Shown here: positions 1 to 10,354 of the stretch, one piece after another
Position numbering within the stretch: the stretch's first letter is position 1
How the letters are laid out: each line of letters starts with the position of its first letter
From: Aliivibrio fischeri ES114
Lineage (GTDB): Bacteria; Pseudomonadota; Gammaproteobacteria; Enterobacterales; Vibrionaceae
Strand: one strand, 5' to 3'
DNA: 32,000 nucleotides
Assembly: GCF_000011805.1 (NCBI RefSeq)
Contig: NC_006840.2
Notes under the pieces: model-generated
Told to the model about the DNA's origin: nothing
What the model saw: only the letters and a program-made list of their open reading frames with translations
Database searches by the model: none
Position numbers and translations under genes: made by a program

Positions 1-546
1 GGTGATGATAAACCAGCTAACGTTATTGATGCTGCTGCTGCTGGTGCTGCAACAGGTATGCAACTTGCGTTAAACGTAGGTGCGATGCTTCTTGCATTCA
101 TCGGTTTAATCGCTCTAATCAATGGTATCTTAGGTGGTATCGGTGGTTGGTTCGATATGCCTCATATCACTTTAGAACTGATTCTAGGTTACATCTTTGC
201 TCCTTTAGCATTCTTAATCGGTGTTCCATGGGAAGAAGCAACAATTGCTGGTTCATTCCTTGGTCAAAAACTGGTAGTTAACGAATTCGTTGCATACCTA
301 AACTTTGCACCTTACCTAGCTAATGGCGCAGAAGTGGTTCTTTCTGAGAAAACAGAAGCAATCATCTCATTCGCACTATGTGGTTTCGCAAACCTTTCTT
401 CTGTAGCGATTCTACTTGGTGGTCTAGGTAGCCTTGCACCAGCACGTCGTCATGACATCGCTCGCATGGGTATGAAAGCGGTTGCTGCTGGTACATTATC
501 AAACCTAATGTCTGCAACAATTGCAGGTCTATTCCTATCTCTATAA
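1..546 (+). CDS. nupC: NupC-family nucleoside permease, C-terminal part (5' end outside window)
   Basis: Frame 1 is open from base 1 (GDDKPANVIDAAAAGAATG precedes the listed Met at 58) to TAA 544-546. The hydrophobic C-terminal helices resemble E. coli NupC as I recall it (GGWF, ILGY.FAPLA, GVPW, NEFVA, FANLSS). A hairpin terminator follows, and the gene adjoins deo genes. Confidence 0.85.
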   Translation, partial: GDDKPANVIDAAAAGAATGMQLALNVGAMLLAFIGLIALINGILGGIGGWFDMPHITLELILGYIFAPLAFLIGVPWEEATIAGSFLGQKLVVNEFVAYLNFAPYLANGAEVVLSEKTEAIISFALCGFANLSSVAILLGGLGSLAPARRHDIARMGMKAVAAGTLSNLMSATIAGLFLSL

Positions 547-576
547 TCGTATAGAGCAGAACAGATAATCATTATA

Positions 577-603
577 AAACCCGCATTATGTGCGGGTTTT
601 TTT
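577..603 (+). terminator. Rho-independent terminator after nupC
   Basis: 9-bp stem AAACCCGCA (577-585) / TGCGGGTTT (591-599) with loop TTATG, running into a T-tract that ends at 603. Confidence 0.8.
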
Positions 604-620
604 ATGTCTGTTACTCATGA

Positions 621-691
621 AAAAGTGTGATGAATAAATGCGCTAAAATCACATTTTTTATGCAAAAAGTTTGAGATGCAAACCGATTGCG
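621..691 (+). promoter_or_regulatory. Candidate CRP/CytR-type control region upstream of the XapX-like ORF and deo genes
   Basis: TGTGA (626-630) and TCACA (649-653) form an inverted pair inside AAAAGTGTGAT...ATCACATTTT, but with an 18-bp spacer rather than the canonical 6. TGCAA pentamers lie at 661-665 and 677-681, and TGCAAACCGATTGCG (677-691) is a LacI-family-like imperfect palindrome. Confidence 0.3.
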
Positions 692-724
692 TTACCACAC
701 AAAAACAATCAAGCAAAATTATAT

Positions 725-733
725 TGATATAAT
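725..733 (+). promoter_or_regulatory. Candidate extended -10 promoter element (TGATATAAT)
   Basis: TGnTATAAT match at 725-733, about 100 bp upstream of ATG 832. There is no good -35, which fits an activator-dependent promoter. Confidence 0.4.
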
Positions 734-831
734 GAATCCATAATAAAAGAGAGAAGAACTGCTAGGTTAAAAAAACGAGCTATGGTCTACACTGTAGTTA
801 AAGCACACATAACCTAAAATGAGAGTCAATT

Positions 832-1002
832 ATGAATGAAGTTTTACTATCTATGTTCGCAGGTTTGATTGTTGGAGTTGTTTTCTCTGCAATTAAACTG
901 CCTATTCCTGCGCCTCCAGTTCTTTCTGGTGTGATGGGGATTGTCGGCGTTTACGCTGGCGCAGTAGGTTATCAATGGATTGTTGAACGTTTCTTTTCAT
1001 AA
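832..1002 (+). CDS. Small two-helix membrane protein, XapX/DUF1427-like (56 aa)
   Basis: Absent from the supplied ORF track, presumably because it is too short. ATG 832 follows GAGAG (822-826); stop TAA is at 1000-1002. Translation: MNEVLLSMFAGLIVGVVFSAIKLPIPAPPVLSGVMGIVGVYAGAVGYQWIVERFFS. It has two hydrophobic segments joined by IPxPAPP, a pattern I associate with XapX-domain proteins. Confidence 0.6.
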   Translation: MNEVLLSMFAGLIVGVVFSAIKLPIPAPPVLSGVMGIVGVYAGAVGYQWIVERFFS

Positions 1003-1278
1003 TCTCAGTGTCTTTCTCTGGAAACATTGTTTCTCTAGTGCCTCAAAAGAAGTATTGATAAGATGAAGCAATGTTTCAACGGTGTCTCATGATGAGACGT
1101 TAATAAAATCAGTATTTTATTTATTAGAAAATGGAATAAATACTGGCGGCAAAATGGATATTGATTGGGTTTAATATATTGCCCAATTCTTCAAGGAATC
1201 AAGTCCGCTCATTTGCTGTTGAACGTACTTAACCTGAACAGCAAAACTATCAAAGAATTCTATCTATCGGAGATAACA

Positions 1279-2055
1279 ATGAGCGATTTAAAAGCAGCTG
1301 CACTACGTGCATTAAAGTTGATGGATTTAACAACACTAAACGATAACGATACAGACGAAGCGGTAATTGCACTTTGTAAAAATGCAAAAACAGCAGTAGG
1401 TAATACAGCAGCTGTATGTATCTACCCTCGTTTTATTCCTATCGCTAAGAAAACGCTGCGCGAACAAGGCACACCAGAAGTACGCATTGCAACAGTAACT
1501 AACTTCCCTCACGGTAATGATGATATTGAGATTGCTGTTGCTGAAACAAAAGCAGCGGTTGCTTATGGTGCAGATGAAGTTGATGTGGTTTTCCCATATC
1601 GTGCTCTTATTGCTGGTGATGAAACAACAGGTTTTGAACTAGTTAAGCAATGTAAAGAAGCATGTGGTGATGTTCTTCTTAAAGTAATCATCGAAACTGG
1701 TGAATTAAAAGAAGAAGCATTAATCAAAAAAGCATCTCAAATCTGTATTGAAGCTGGTGCTAACTTTATTAAAACCTCAACAGGTAAAGTGCCAGTAAAT
1801 GCTACACCTGAATATGCTCGTATGATGCTTGAAGTTATCCGTGATATGGATGTAGCTAAAACAGTTGGTTTTAAACCTGCTGGCGGCGTTCGTACTGCTG
1901 AAGATGCACAAGCATACCTAGCGATGGCTGATGATATTCTTGGTGGCGATTGGGCTGATAACATGCACTACCGTTTTGGTGCATCAAGCCTACTGACTAA
2001 CCTATTAAATACATTAGAGGTAACAGAAGAAACGGCTGATCCATCAGCTTACTAG
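1279..2055 (+). CDS. deoC: Deoxyribose-phosphate aldolase
   Basis: [27 protein letters not shown]... is nearly collinear with E. coli DeoC ([27 protein letters not shown]...) and includes FIKTSTGK with the active-site Lys. GGAGA (1269-1273) lies 5 nt before ATG 1279. The TTG start at 1165 in the ORF track is an upstream extension. Confidence 0.97.
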   Translation: MSDLKAAALRALKLMDLTTLNDNDTDEAVIALCKNAKTAVGNTAAVCIYPRFIPIAKKTLREQGTPEVRIATVTNFPHGNDDIEIAVAETKAAVAYGADEVDVVFPYRALIAGDETTGFELVKQCKEACGDVLLKVIIETGELKEEALIKKASQICIEAGANFIKTSTGKVPVNATPEYARMMLEVIRDMDVAKTVGFKPAGGVRTAEDAQAYLAMADDILGGDWADNMHYRFGASSLLTNLLNTLEVTEETADPSAY

Positions 2056-2096
2056 TTTCTCGTTACTTGATTTATAGCTAAGAAATAAATCGACTT

Positions 2097-3502
<1,406 letters not shown>

Positions 3503-3512
3503 GGAATAAAAC

Positions 3513-4745
3513 ATGAAACGTGCAATAATTTTAGTTCTCGATTCATTTGGAATTGGTGCAGCAGGCGATGCTGATAAATTTGGTGATGTAGGTTCAGATA
3601 CGATGGGCCACATTGCAGAGCAGTGTGATAAAGGATTAGCTGATAATGGAAACCGTAAAGGGCCACTAACGCTGCCTAATTTATCTAAACTTGGCTTAGC
3701 AATGGCGGGTAAAGAATCTACTGGCAAATTCTCTGCTGGTTTAGATGCTAACGCTGAAATTATCGGTGCTTATGGTCATGCTGCTGAGTTATCTTCAGGT
3801 AAAGATACACCATCTGGCCACTGGGAAATTGCAGGTGTACCTGTTTTATTTGACTGGGGTTATTTCACTGATAAAGAAAACAGCTTTCCTAAAGAGCTAA
3901 CAGATCGCATTTTAGAGCGTGCTAACCTTCCGGGTTATTTAGGAAATTGCCATGCATCGGGCACACAAGTGTTAGATGATTTAGGTGAAGAGCACATGAA
4001 AACGGGCATGCCTATTTTCTATACTTCTGCTGACTCTGTATTCCAAATTGCATGTCACGAAGAAACGTTTGGTTTAGATAACCTATTAACGCTTTGCCAA
4101 ATCGCACGTGAAGAGCTTGAAGATTACAATATTGGTCGAGTGATCGCTCGTCCGTTTATTGGTCCGGGTAAAGGTCAATTTGAACGTACAGGTAACCGTC
4201 GCGATCTTTCTGTTGAGCCGCCAGCGGCAACGATTTTACAAAAATTAGTGGATGAAAAGGGTGGTCAAGTTCATTCGATTGGTAAAATCTCTGATATCTA
4301 TGCGGGTTGCGGTATTACGAAGAAAACCAAAGCAACGGGTATCCCTGCATTATTTGATGCAACTAAAGAAGCGATTGAACAAGCGATTGAACAAGCGGGT
4401 GACAACACTATCGTATTCACTAACTTCGTAGATTTTGATTCAGCATACGGTCACCGTCGTGATGTAGCAGGTTATGCTGCAGCATTAGAATACTTTGATG
4501 GGCGTCTTCCTGAAATTATGGATATGCTACAAGAAGATGATATTTTGATCCTGACTGCCGATCACGGTTGTGATCCTACATGGCCAGGTACAGATCATAC
4601 ACGTGAGCACATTCCTGTTCTTGTTTACGGTCATAAGGTACCAGCAGGCTCATTAGGTCGTCGTGATACATTTGCCGATATAGGTCAAACCTTAGCAGAG
4701 TATTTTGAAACCTCTGATATGGAATATGGAAAATCTTTCCTATAA
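3513..4745 (+). CDS. deoB: Phosphopentomutase
   Basis: [30 protein letters not shown]...[19 protein letters not shown]...[11 protein letters not shown] matches E. coli DeoB throughout. AAGGA (3501-3505) precedes the ATG. Confidence 0.97.
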   Translation: MKRAIILVLDSFGIGAAGDADKFGDVGSDTMGHIAEQCDKGLADNGNRKGPLTLPNLSKLGLAMAGKESTGKFSAGLDANAEIIGAYGHAAELSSGKDTPSGHWEIAGVPVLFDWGYFTDKENSFPKELTDRILERANLPGYLGNCHASGTQVLDDLGEEHMKTGMPIFYTSADSVFQIACHEETFGLDNLLTLCQIAREELEDYNIGRVIARPFIGPGKGQFERTGNRRDLSVEPPAATILQKLVDEKGGQVHSIGKISDIYAGCGITKKTKATGIPALFDATKEAIEQAIEQAGDNTIVFTNFVDFDSAYGHRRDVAGYAAALEYFDGRLPEIMDMLQEDDILILTADHGCDPTWPGTDHTREHIPVLVYGHKVPAGSLGRRDTFADIGQTLAEYFETSDMEYGKSFL

Positions 4746-4753
4746 AAATAAAT

Positions 4754-4786
4754 AAGCAGTAGGGCCCTTCTCTACTGCTTTTTTTC
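4754..4786 (+). terminator. Hairpin plus T-tract between deoB and deoD (intra-operon terminator or attenuator)
   Basis: AAGCAGTAG (4754-4762) / CTACTGCTT (4772-4780) with a 9-nt loop, followed by T-tract 4779-4785. Confidence 0.65.
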
Positions 4787-4816
4787 TATTTTAAGTAAAC
4801 ACAAAGGATATAAATT

Positions 4817-5533
4817 ATGGCAACTCCACATATTAATGCTGAAATGGGTGATTTTGCAGACGTAGTTCTTATGCCGGGTGACCCGATTCGAGCTAAATAC
4901 ATCGCAGAGACATTTCTTGATGATGTAGTTCAAGTATGTGATGTTCGTAATATGTACGGTTTCACTGGTACGTATAAAGGTCGTAAGATTTCTGTTATGG
5001 GTCACGGTATGGGGATCCCTTCATGCTCAATTTACATGACAGAACTGATTAAGGACTTTGGCGTTAAAAAAGTTATCCGTGTAGGTAGTTGTGGTGCGGT
5101 AAACGAAGGCATTAAAGTTCGTGACGTAGTTATTGGTATGGGCGCATGTACAGATTCAAAAGTGAATCGCATTCGTTTTAAAGATCATGATTTTGCGGCT
5201 ATTGCCGATTATGAAATGGTTCGTAATGCAGAGTTAGCTGCGCAAGCTCGTGGTATTGATGTAAAAGTGGGTAATCTTTTCTCTGCTGAACTTTTCTATA
5301 CGCCAGATCCAAGCATGTTTGATTTAATGGATAAATACGGCATTGTTGGTGTTGAGATGGAAGCTGCGGGTATGTACGGTGTTGCTGCCGAATACGGTGC
5401 AAAAGCATTAGCAATCTGTACTGTATCTGATCACATTAAAACAGGTGAGCAAACCACATCTGATGAGCGTGCAACGACATTTGATGAAATGATGCTGATT
5501 GCATTAGATTCAGTATTACTTGGCGATAAATAA
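4817..5533 (+). CDS. deoD: Purine nucleoside phosphorylase (hexameric DeoD type)
   Basis: [33 protein letters not shown]... is almost identical to the E. coli DeoD N-terminus and stays collinear to LLGDK. AAGGA lies at 4804-4808. Confidence 0.97.
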   Translation: MATPHINAEMGDFADVVLMPGDPIRAKYIAETFLDDVVQVCDVRNMYGFTGTYKGRKISVMGHGMGIPSCSIYMTELIKDFGVKKVIRVGSCGAVNEGIKVRDVVIGMGACTDSKVNRIRFKDHDFAAIADYEMVRNAELAAQARGIDVKVGNLFSAELFYTPDPSMFDLMDKYGIVGVEMEAAGMYGVAAEYGAKALAICTVSDHIKTGEQTTSDERATTFDEMMLIALDSVLLGDK

Positions 5534-5561
5534 CACGCATAACGAAAACCGTTAGAAATAA

Positions 5562-5596
5562 AAAAGGCGATGAGGTTAATTTCATCGCCTTTCTTT
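5562..5596. terminator. Bidirectional terminator between convergent deoD and ytjB
   Basis: AGGCGATGA (5565-5573) / TCATCGCCT (5582-5590) with an 8-nt loop. An A-run lies before it and a T-run after it, so it works on both strands. Confidence 0.8.
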
Positions 5597-6193
5597 TTAT
5601 GCTTTACCACCAAACAATGTGGTGATTGGTTTGGAAGCATCTTTTCTTTTTCTTAGTAACCCCATAATCAGCATCCCTGAAACCAAACTGATTGCGAGCA
5701 TACCAAACATTAAACGGTCACTTTTACGATAGTGGTGATTTGCAAAGCCGGTCAATGTTGATTTTTCAAATGTCACACGTAAAAAGCCAAGTAGATGGTC
5801 ATCTTTAATGATAGGTTCAATCAACTGCTGACGACCAATACCGTCAATAGACAATGGCGTATTTAATCCAGTAATTTGAGAAGCCGTTAGTGCATTATCA
5901 CTTTTTCCTAAGATTCTACCTTCAGCGTCATATATTGTGGCATCAAAAACTAAACGCTCTTTAGCAAGGTTATTAGTTAACTGGAATAATGCTTCATGGT
6001 TATCTTCTTTAATGCTATCAACGGCAAATAAAGCCGCTTGTCGAGTCATTGTTCGGCTAAGATCTTGTAATTGTTTGTTTTGAATAACTTGGTTACTGTC
6101 ACTGATGATCGTACTGTTGATCAAAATAAAGTAACTGAATGCCATTAGAGAAAGCAGCATCAATCCTTTAATGACAAAGTTTTGAGAAAGCAT
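5597..6193 (-). CDS. ytjB: AhpA/YtjB (Smp) family membrane protein
   Basis: It has an N-terminal and a C-terminal TM segment with a soluble middle, and it is divergent from serB exactly as smp/ytjB is in E. coli. The likely start is the ATG at 6193 (MLSQNF...), preceded by AGGTGG. The track begins at a GTG at 6202. Confidence 0.75.
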   Translation of the reverse strand: MLSQNFVIKGLMLLSLMAFSYFILINSTIISDSNQVIQNKQLQDLSRTMTRQAALFAVDSIKEDNHEALFQLTNNLAKERLVFDATIYDAEGRILGKSDNALTASQITGLNTPLSIDGIGRQQLIEPIIKDDHLLGFLRVTFEKSTLTGFANHHYRKSDRLMFGMLAISLVSGMLIMGLLRKRKDASKPITTLFGGKA

Positions 6194-6327
6194 CACAACC
6201 ACCTAATAAGATATGAATGCAGTAATTATACTGAATTTATCGAAAAAAAGCAGTTTATGTCATTTGCCTCTTGCTCAACTCCTCTTCAATCGGTATTTTT
6301 TAGACAGGACAAGAAAGGATGCAAATC

Positions 6328-7296
6328 ATGGATAGGATAATCCCATTTTCAATTAAGAAACACATACCATTATTAAATCGTTTTAGCTCAACCTTAACAA
6401 CGACGCAATTCGACGTTAAAAAAACAGGTTGGATTATTTACGGTCCTCAATTATCACCTCGTCATTTTGATGATATCGATTTTTTTGTCGGTTATAAAAC
6501 GCAACTAATTAAAACTTGGAAAGTTGGTTATTACGAAGTTGCTGCTATAGCTGGTGCGCTTACAGAAGAGCATAAAATTATCGTTGATGCGCTCGGTTTA
6601 GATTACGCAGAGATGAAAGATATTCCTGATCTATCAAAACCAGGGATCATTTTATTTGACATGGATTCAACGGCGATCGAAATCGAATGTATTGATGAAA
6701 TAGCGAAATTAGCGGGTGTTGGTGAGCAAGTTGCAGAAGTAACAGAAAGAGCAATGCAAGGTGAACTGGATTTTAAAGAGAGTTTAATTCAGCGTGTAGG
6801 AACTCTGGCAGGAGCTGATGAAGCTATTCTTGCTGAAGTAAAAGCAAACTTACCTTTTATGCCTGAAATCAGAGAGCTAGTTGCTACCATGCATAAATAC
6901 GGTTGGAAACCGGCTATTGCCTCGGGTGGTTTCACTTATTTTTCTGATTATTTAAAACAAGAACTCAATCTTGTACATGCACAATCGAATCAGCTAGAGA
7001 TTGTTGATGGCAAACTTACCGGTAAGGTTCTTGGTGAAATTGTCAGTGCAGAGACGAAGGCACATATTTTAGTTGAGCTTGCTGATAAATATGACATAGA
7101 GATCAGCAATACGGTTGCCGTTGGTGATGGTGCTAATGATCTGGTTATGATGGAAGCGGCAGGCCTTGGTATTGCCTATCACGCAAAACCTAAAGTACAA
7201 GAGCAAGCACAAACCGCAATTAAACATGCAGATTTAGGTGGTGTTGCTTGTATTTTATCTGCTTCGTTATTGTTTGGTAATAAACTGAGTTGGTAG
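6328..7296 (+). CDS. serB: Phosphoserine phosphatase
   Basis: FDMDSTAIEIECIDEIAKLAGVGEQVAEVTERAMQGELDF...ASGGFT...GDGANDL.MM.AAGLGIAYHAKPKV shows the HAD motifs and is collinear with E. coli SerB. ATG 6328 has better spacing from AAAGGA (6314-6319) than ATG 6319. The start is uncertain by 3 codons. Confidence 0.93.
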   Translation: MDRIIPFSIKKHIPLLNRFSSTLTTTQFDVKKTGWIIYGPQLSPRHFDDIDFFVGYKTQLIKTWKVGYYEVAAIAGALTEEHKIIVDALGLDYAEMKDIPDLSKPGIILFDMDSTAIEIECIDEIAKLAGVGEQVAEVTERAMQGELDFKESLIQRVGTLAGADEAILAEVKANLPFMPEIRELVATMHKYGWKPAIASGGFTYFSDYLKQELNLVHAQSNQLEIVDGKLTGKVLGEIVSAETKAHILVELADKYDIEISNTVAVGDGANDLVMMEAAGLGIAYHAKPKVQEQAQTAIKHADLGGVACILSASLLFGNKLSW

Positions 7297-7329
7297 AAGC
7301 TTAATCTTCCATAAGTTTAATATAAATAA

Positions 7330-7357
7330 TGAGCTTTATTATAAAGCTCATTTTTTT
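7330..7357 (+). terminator. Rho-independent terminator after serB
   Basis: TGAGCTTTA (7330-7338) / TAAAGCTCA (7342-7350), followed by T7 (7351-7357). Confidence 0.8.
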
Positions 7358-7398
7358 GCGTTAAATTCAGCAATAACGGTTACATATTACGTGAATAG

Positions 7399-7414
7399 TG
7401 TGATCTAACTCTCA
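7399..7414 (+). promoter_or_regulatory. CRP-like site upstream of the tad promoter
   Basis: TGTGATCTAACTCTCA matches TGTGA-N6-TCACA with one mismatch in the right half. Its centre is about 80 bp upstream of the candidate -35. Confidence 0.3.
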
Positions 7415-7427
7415 ACCTTAACGGAAT

Positions 7428-7454
7428 CTGAATGAAATGCAGGAATTCATTCAG
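7428..7454 (+). promoter_or_regulatory. Perfect 9-bp-arm inverted repeat upstream of the tad promoter
   Basis: CTGAATGAA (7428-7436), 9-bp spacer, TTCATTCAG (7446-7454). It lies about 27 bp upstream of the -35. Confidence 0.3.
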
Positions 7455-7480
7455 GAAGTGGTTTTATTGTCGTCATTAAA

Positions 7481-7509
7481 TTGACGCTAATTGATTGTAT
7501 GAATAATAT
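7481..7509 (+). promoter_or_regulatory. Candidate sigma70 promoter of the tad operon
   Basis: TTGACG (7481-7486), exactly 17-nt spacer, TAATAT (7504-7509). This predicts a 5' UTR of about 40 nt to flp ATG 7556. Confidence 0.5.
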
Positions 7510-7555
7510 TCGCTTTGTTCACTTCGAACACATATTAATCAATAGCGGAGTTATT

Positions 7556-7771
7556 ATGCTAACTAAATTATTCGTAAAGTCTCAACTTGCTCTTCAATCT
7601 TTCAAAAACGATGAGCGCGGTGTAACAGCAATTGAATATGCAATCATTGGTGTTTGTATGTCTGCTATTGTACTTGCTGTATTTAACGGTACATTACAAG
7701 AGGCATTACAAGGTGCAATGGACACTATTTCAACTAATATTACAGCTGCCAACACAGCACCTGCTGAGTAA
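7556..7771 (+). CDS. flp: Flp-family type IVb prepilin (71 aa)
   Basis: MLTKLFVKSQLALQSFKNDERG/VTAIEYAIIG... carries the Flp motif G/xxxxEY followed by a hydrophobic helix. GCGGAG (7545-7550) precedes ATG 7556. The track start at 7481 is a non-coding extension. Confidence 0.9.
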   Translation: MLTKLFVKSQLALQSFKNDERGVTAIEYAIIGVCMSAIVLAVFNGTLQEALQGAMDTISTNITAANTAPAE

Positions 7772-7782
7772 TATTAATTTAT

Positions 7783-8220
7783 ATGGAAATAAAGCTATTA
7801 ATTATTAGCGTAGTAACTATAGCTAATATTTATGCTGTTTTTCATGATATAAAAAATAGAAAAATATCTAATAATATTGTTTTTATTATTATGATTATTG
7901 GATTTTTTTCTATCTTTGTTAAAGGTGGTATGAGTTATTTATTATCACCTTTAATAATTCTCTTCGTTGGATTTATCTTATTTAAATTTAACATTATTGC
8001 TGCCGGTGATATTAAATATTATGCAGCAATGTCCTTAATGATTGAACAGCAATATTTACTACTGGTGACCTGCATTATTTTATGTCTAGGTGGCCTTCAA
8101 GCTTATTGTCAATACAGTATATATAAGCTAACAGGGAACGAACGTTGGATAGAAAGAGGGGTTCCTTATGGCGTCGCTATTTCTATAGGAAGTTTATTCG
8201 GTATTCTCGCATCAATATAG
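7783..8220 (+). CDS. tadV: Flp prepilin peptidase (A24 aspartyl peptidase, TadV/CpaA type)
   Basis: A 145-aa polytopic membrane protein with the two expected Asp contexts (HDIKNRKISN and AAGDIKYY) and no methyltransferase domain. It lies immediately after flp. Confidence 0.85.
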   Translation: MEIKLLIISVVTIANIYAVFHDIKNRKISNNIVFIIMIIGFFSIFVKGGMSYLLSPLIILFVGFILFKFNIIAAGDIKYYAAMSLMIEQQYLLLVTCIILCLGGLQAYCQYSIYKLTGNERWIERGVPYGVAISIGSLFGILASI

Positions 8221-8227
8221 GTGAAAA

Positions 8228-9040
8228 ATGAAATCCAAAATAATATTGGTTTTAGCTGTAATTGCTATTTCGATTGGCTTATACGGCATGTCACAGACAT
8301 CAACGACAGAGTCACCTATTACAGAGAAAGTACAAGAATTCGATAAACGACCAGAAGCAACCGTTATGGTTTGGATAGCCAAAAAAGACTTAATGTTTGG
8401 TTCGCCAGTACAACGAACGGATCTTGAAGTGCAGCGGATCAGTCAAACACAAGCGGATCGTTTCGGCATCATTCACGATGTTAAATTTAATTTCAATAAA
8501 AAACTGTTGGTTAAAAAAGACATTCTCCAAGGAGATATAGTTACATCCGATATGTTGTTAAGCCCAGGGCAAGAAGGGTATCTCAATCTAGTCATAAGTG
8601 AAGGTAAAGTGCCTTTTAATCTAGAGGTGAGTAATGACGCTATTCTTGGTGGTGCTATTTCTGTTGGTGATGTTGTTGATATTGCTTCTATTTCATCATC
8701 AGAGCAAAACTTGTCAAATGATGCTTCTATCTCAAATGTACAAAGTTTAAAAATGGCTCCGTTACTTACACAGATAATGGTTCTCGACATCATTCAGCAA
8801 GAAAAACCGGTTCGATTAAACAGTAAATCAACCAAAACAGTGACCAACCTGGTGCTAGAAGTTTCAAATCGAGAGTTAGCAAAGTTAGTTATTGCGCAAC
8901 GTATTGCTGAATTAGAAGTTCATAAGTCCATTGGCGCTGAGTTTTCTCACGAACTTCATGCAGATTCAAGTGATGTTATTACTATCCCTGGATTTAAAAA
9001 AGTAAAACCAGTCAACTCTATTCAAGAGTTTAGAGGCTAA
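8228..9040 (+). CDS. rcpC: Flp pilus assembly protein RcpC/CpaB
   Basis: N-terminal TM anchor, then SAF-like and RcpC-like regions. It holds the conserved position before the secretin. AGGTGA (8218-8223) precedes the ATG. Confidence 0.8.
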   Translation: MKSKIILVLAVIAISIGLYGMSQTSTTESPITEKVQEFDKRPEATVMVWIAKKDLMFGSPVQRTDLEVQRISQTQADRFGIIHDVKFNFNKKLLVKKDILQGDIVTSDMLLSPGQEGYLNLVISEGKVPFNLEVSNDAILGGAISVGDVVDIASISSSEQNLSNDASISNVQSLKMAPLLTQIMVLDIIQQEKPVRLNSKSTKTVTNLVLEVSNRELAKLVIAQRIAELEVHKSIGAEFSHELHADSSDVITIPGFKKVKPVNSIQEFRG

Positions 9041-9043
9041 AAA

Positions 9044-10354
9044 ATGCGATATCGAATTCTTATTATATTAACGGTTTTACTCAGTATTGTTTCTTTGAAC
9101 GTGAGAGCAAAAGAGATTGAAAACCTATCCGCGGGTGATGCAAAAAGCATAACAACCACGACTGAGATAGGGTCTGTATTTATCTCAAATCCAAAAGTAG
9201 CAGACTACAAAATTATAGATAAATACAAAGTAGTTTTATTTGGCCGAGAAGTGGGTGACTCCGTTTTTATTGCTTTTGATGTTCAGGGGCGAGAGCTGTT
9301 AAATAAAAAAATAATTGTGAGTAAAAATTACTCAGGTATTGAACAACAAGTTAAGTTGCGATTTCCCACTTCCGATATCGATATTTTTGCTATTGGTACT
9401 AATGCGGTGGTGAGTGGTACCGTATTAAATGAAGAAGATCGTGATCAAATTTATGAAATGGTTGCGACTCTATTGTTTGATGATAACGCTGATAACAACG
9501 CACAAGATGACCGGACTGAATTAACTTACATGGATAAGTTGAATTTTGAAGGTGTGGTTAACCAAATTGAAGTGGCGAGAACCAAACAGGTCAATGTGAA
9601 GCTCACTATCGCAGAAGTTTCTCACTCTTTTATGCAGGATTTTGGCATTAAGGTAGGAAGTAATGGTCAAGCTGGGATCTTTGTCGATCAACTTGTTCAT
9701 TTTAGTGCAAGTGACATTGTTTCTGTGATTACCGCTGTAGGGACAGACTCGGTAGGACAAGTACTAGCGGAACCGAACTTATCTGTGATTTCCGGTGAGG
9801 ATGCCAGCTTTCTTGTTGGTGGGGAGCTACCTGTTGTCACCGTGATTGATGGAGCAACCAACGTTCAATATAAAGAATTTGGTGTAAAGCTAGATCTAAC
9901 GGCTAAGGTTGAGAGAGACGATAAAATTAAATTGGCATTAGCGCCAAGTGTAAGTTCTCTTGATACGCAATACGCTAATGATAATTACAACTTACCATCA
10001 TTAAAAACGCGTAGTGCAAGAACAACAGTCGAGCTCGGAGACGGACAAAGTTTTGTGCTAGGTGGTTTGCTTAATAGTGAAGAGAAAGAGTCGTTAACTC
10101 GTATTCCTTTTGTTGGTGATATCCCTATTTTAGGGGCTTTGTTTCGTCATACAGGTACGGAGCGAAATAAAACTGAGCTGATTATTGTTGCAACGGTAAA
10201 CCTTGTTCAACCGGTTAAAGCAAATCAAATCCAGCTTCCAACCATGCAGAAAACCAGTACGTTAAGACGTTTTCTCGGTATGGGAAGTGACTATGAAAGA
10301 GCAGAAGACCAATGGGCAAGTGAAGTTCTGAATGCGGGTGGATTTAGAAAATGA
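9044..10354 (+). CDS. rcpA: Tad secretin RcpA/CpaC
   Basis: Signal peptide (MRYRILIILTVLLSIVSLNVRA) and a C-terminal secretin domain with LAEPNLSVISGEDASFLVGGELPV and IPFVGDIPILGALFR. Confidence 0.9.
   Translation: MRYRILIILTVLLSIVSLNVRAKEIENLSAGDAKSITTTTEIGSVFISNPKVADYKIIDKYKVVLFGREVGDSVFIAFDVQGRELLNKKIIVSKNYSGIEQQVKLRFPTSDIDIFAIGTNAVVSGTVLNEEDRDQIYEMVATLLFDDNADNNAQDDRTELTYMDKLNFEGVVNQIEVARTKQVNVKLTIAEVSHSFMQDFGIKVGSNGQAGIFVDQLVHFSASDIVSVITAVGTDSVGQVLAEPNLSVISGEDASFLVGGELPVVTVIDGATNVQYKEFGVKLDLTAKVERDDKIKLALAPSVSSLDTQYANDNYNLPSLKTRSARTTVELGDGQSFVLGGLLNSEEKESLTRIPFVGDIPILGALFRHTGTERNKTELIIVATVNLVQPVKANQIQLPTMQKTSTLRRFLGMGSDYERAEDQWASEVLNAGGFRK

Noticed and set aside
1-60. GCT-rich trinucleotide run (gctgctgctgctggtgctgc) at the window start
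   Set aside because: It lies in frame within nupC and encodes an Ala/Gly-rich loop (AAAAGAA). It is too short to count as a meaningful microsatellite.
1165-1278. Upstream extension of deoC from a TTG start (ORF track 1165..2055)
   Set aside because: The homologous N-terminus begins at MSDLKAA (ATG 1279), which has a well-spaced GGAGA. The extension has no similarity to DeoC and covers likely regulatory DNA.
7481-7555. Upstream extension of flp (TTG start at 7481)
   Set aside because: It would give a leader of about 47 aa, far longer than Flp leaders. It also overlaps the candidate -35 and -10. ATG 7556 has its own GCGGAG.
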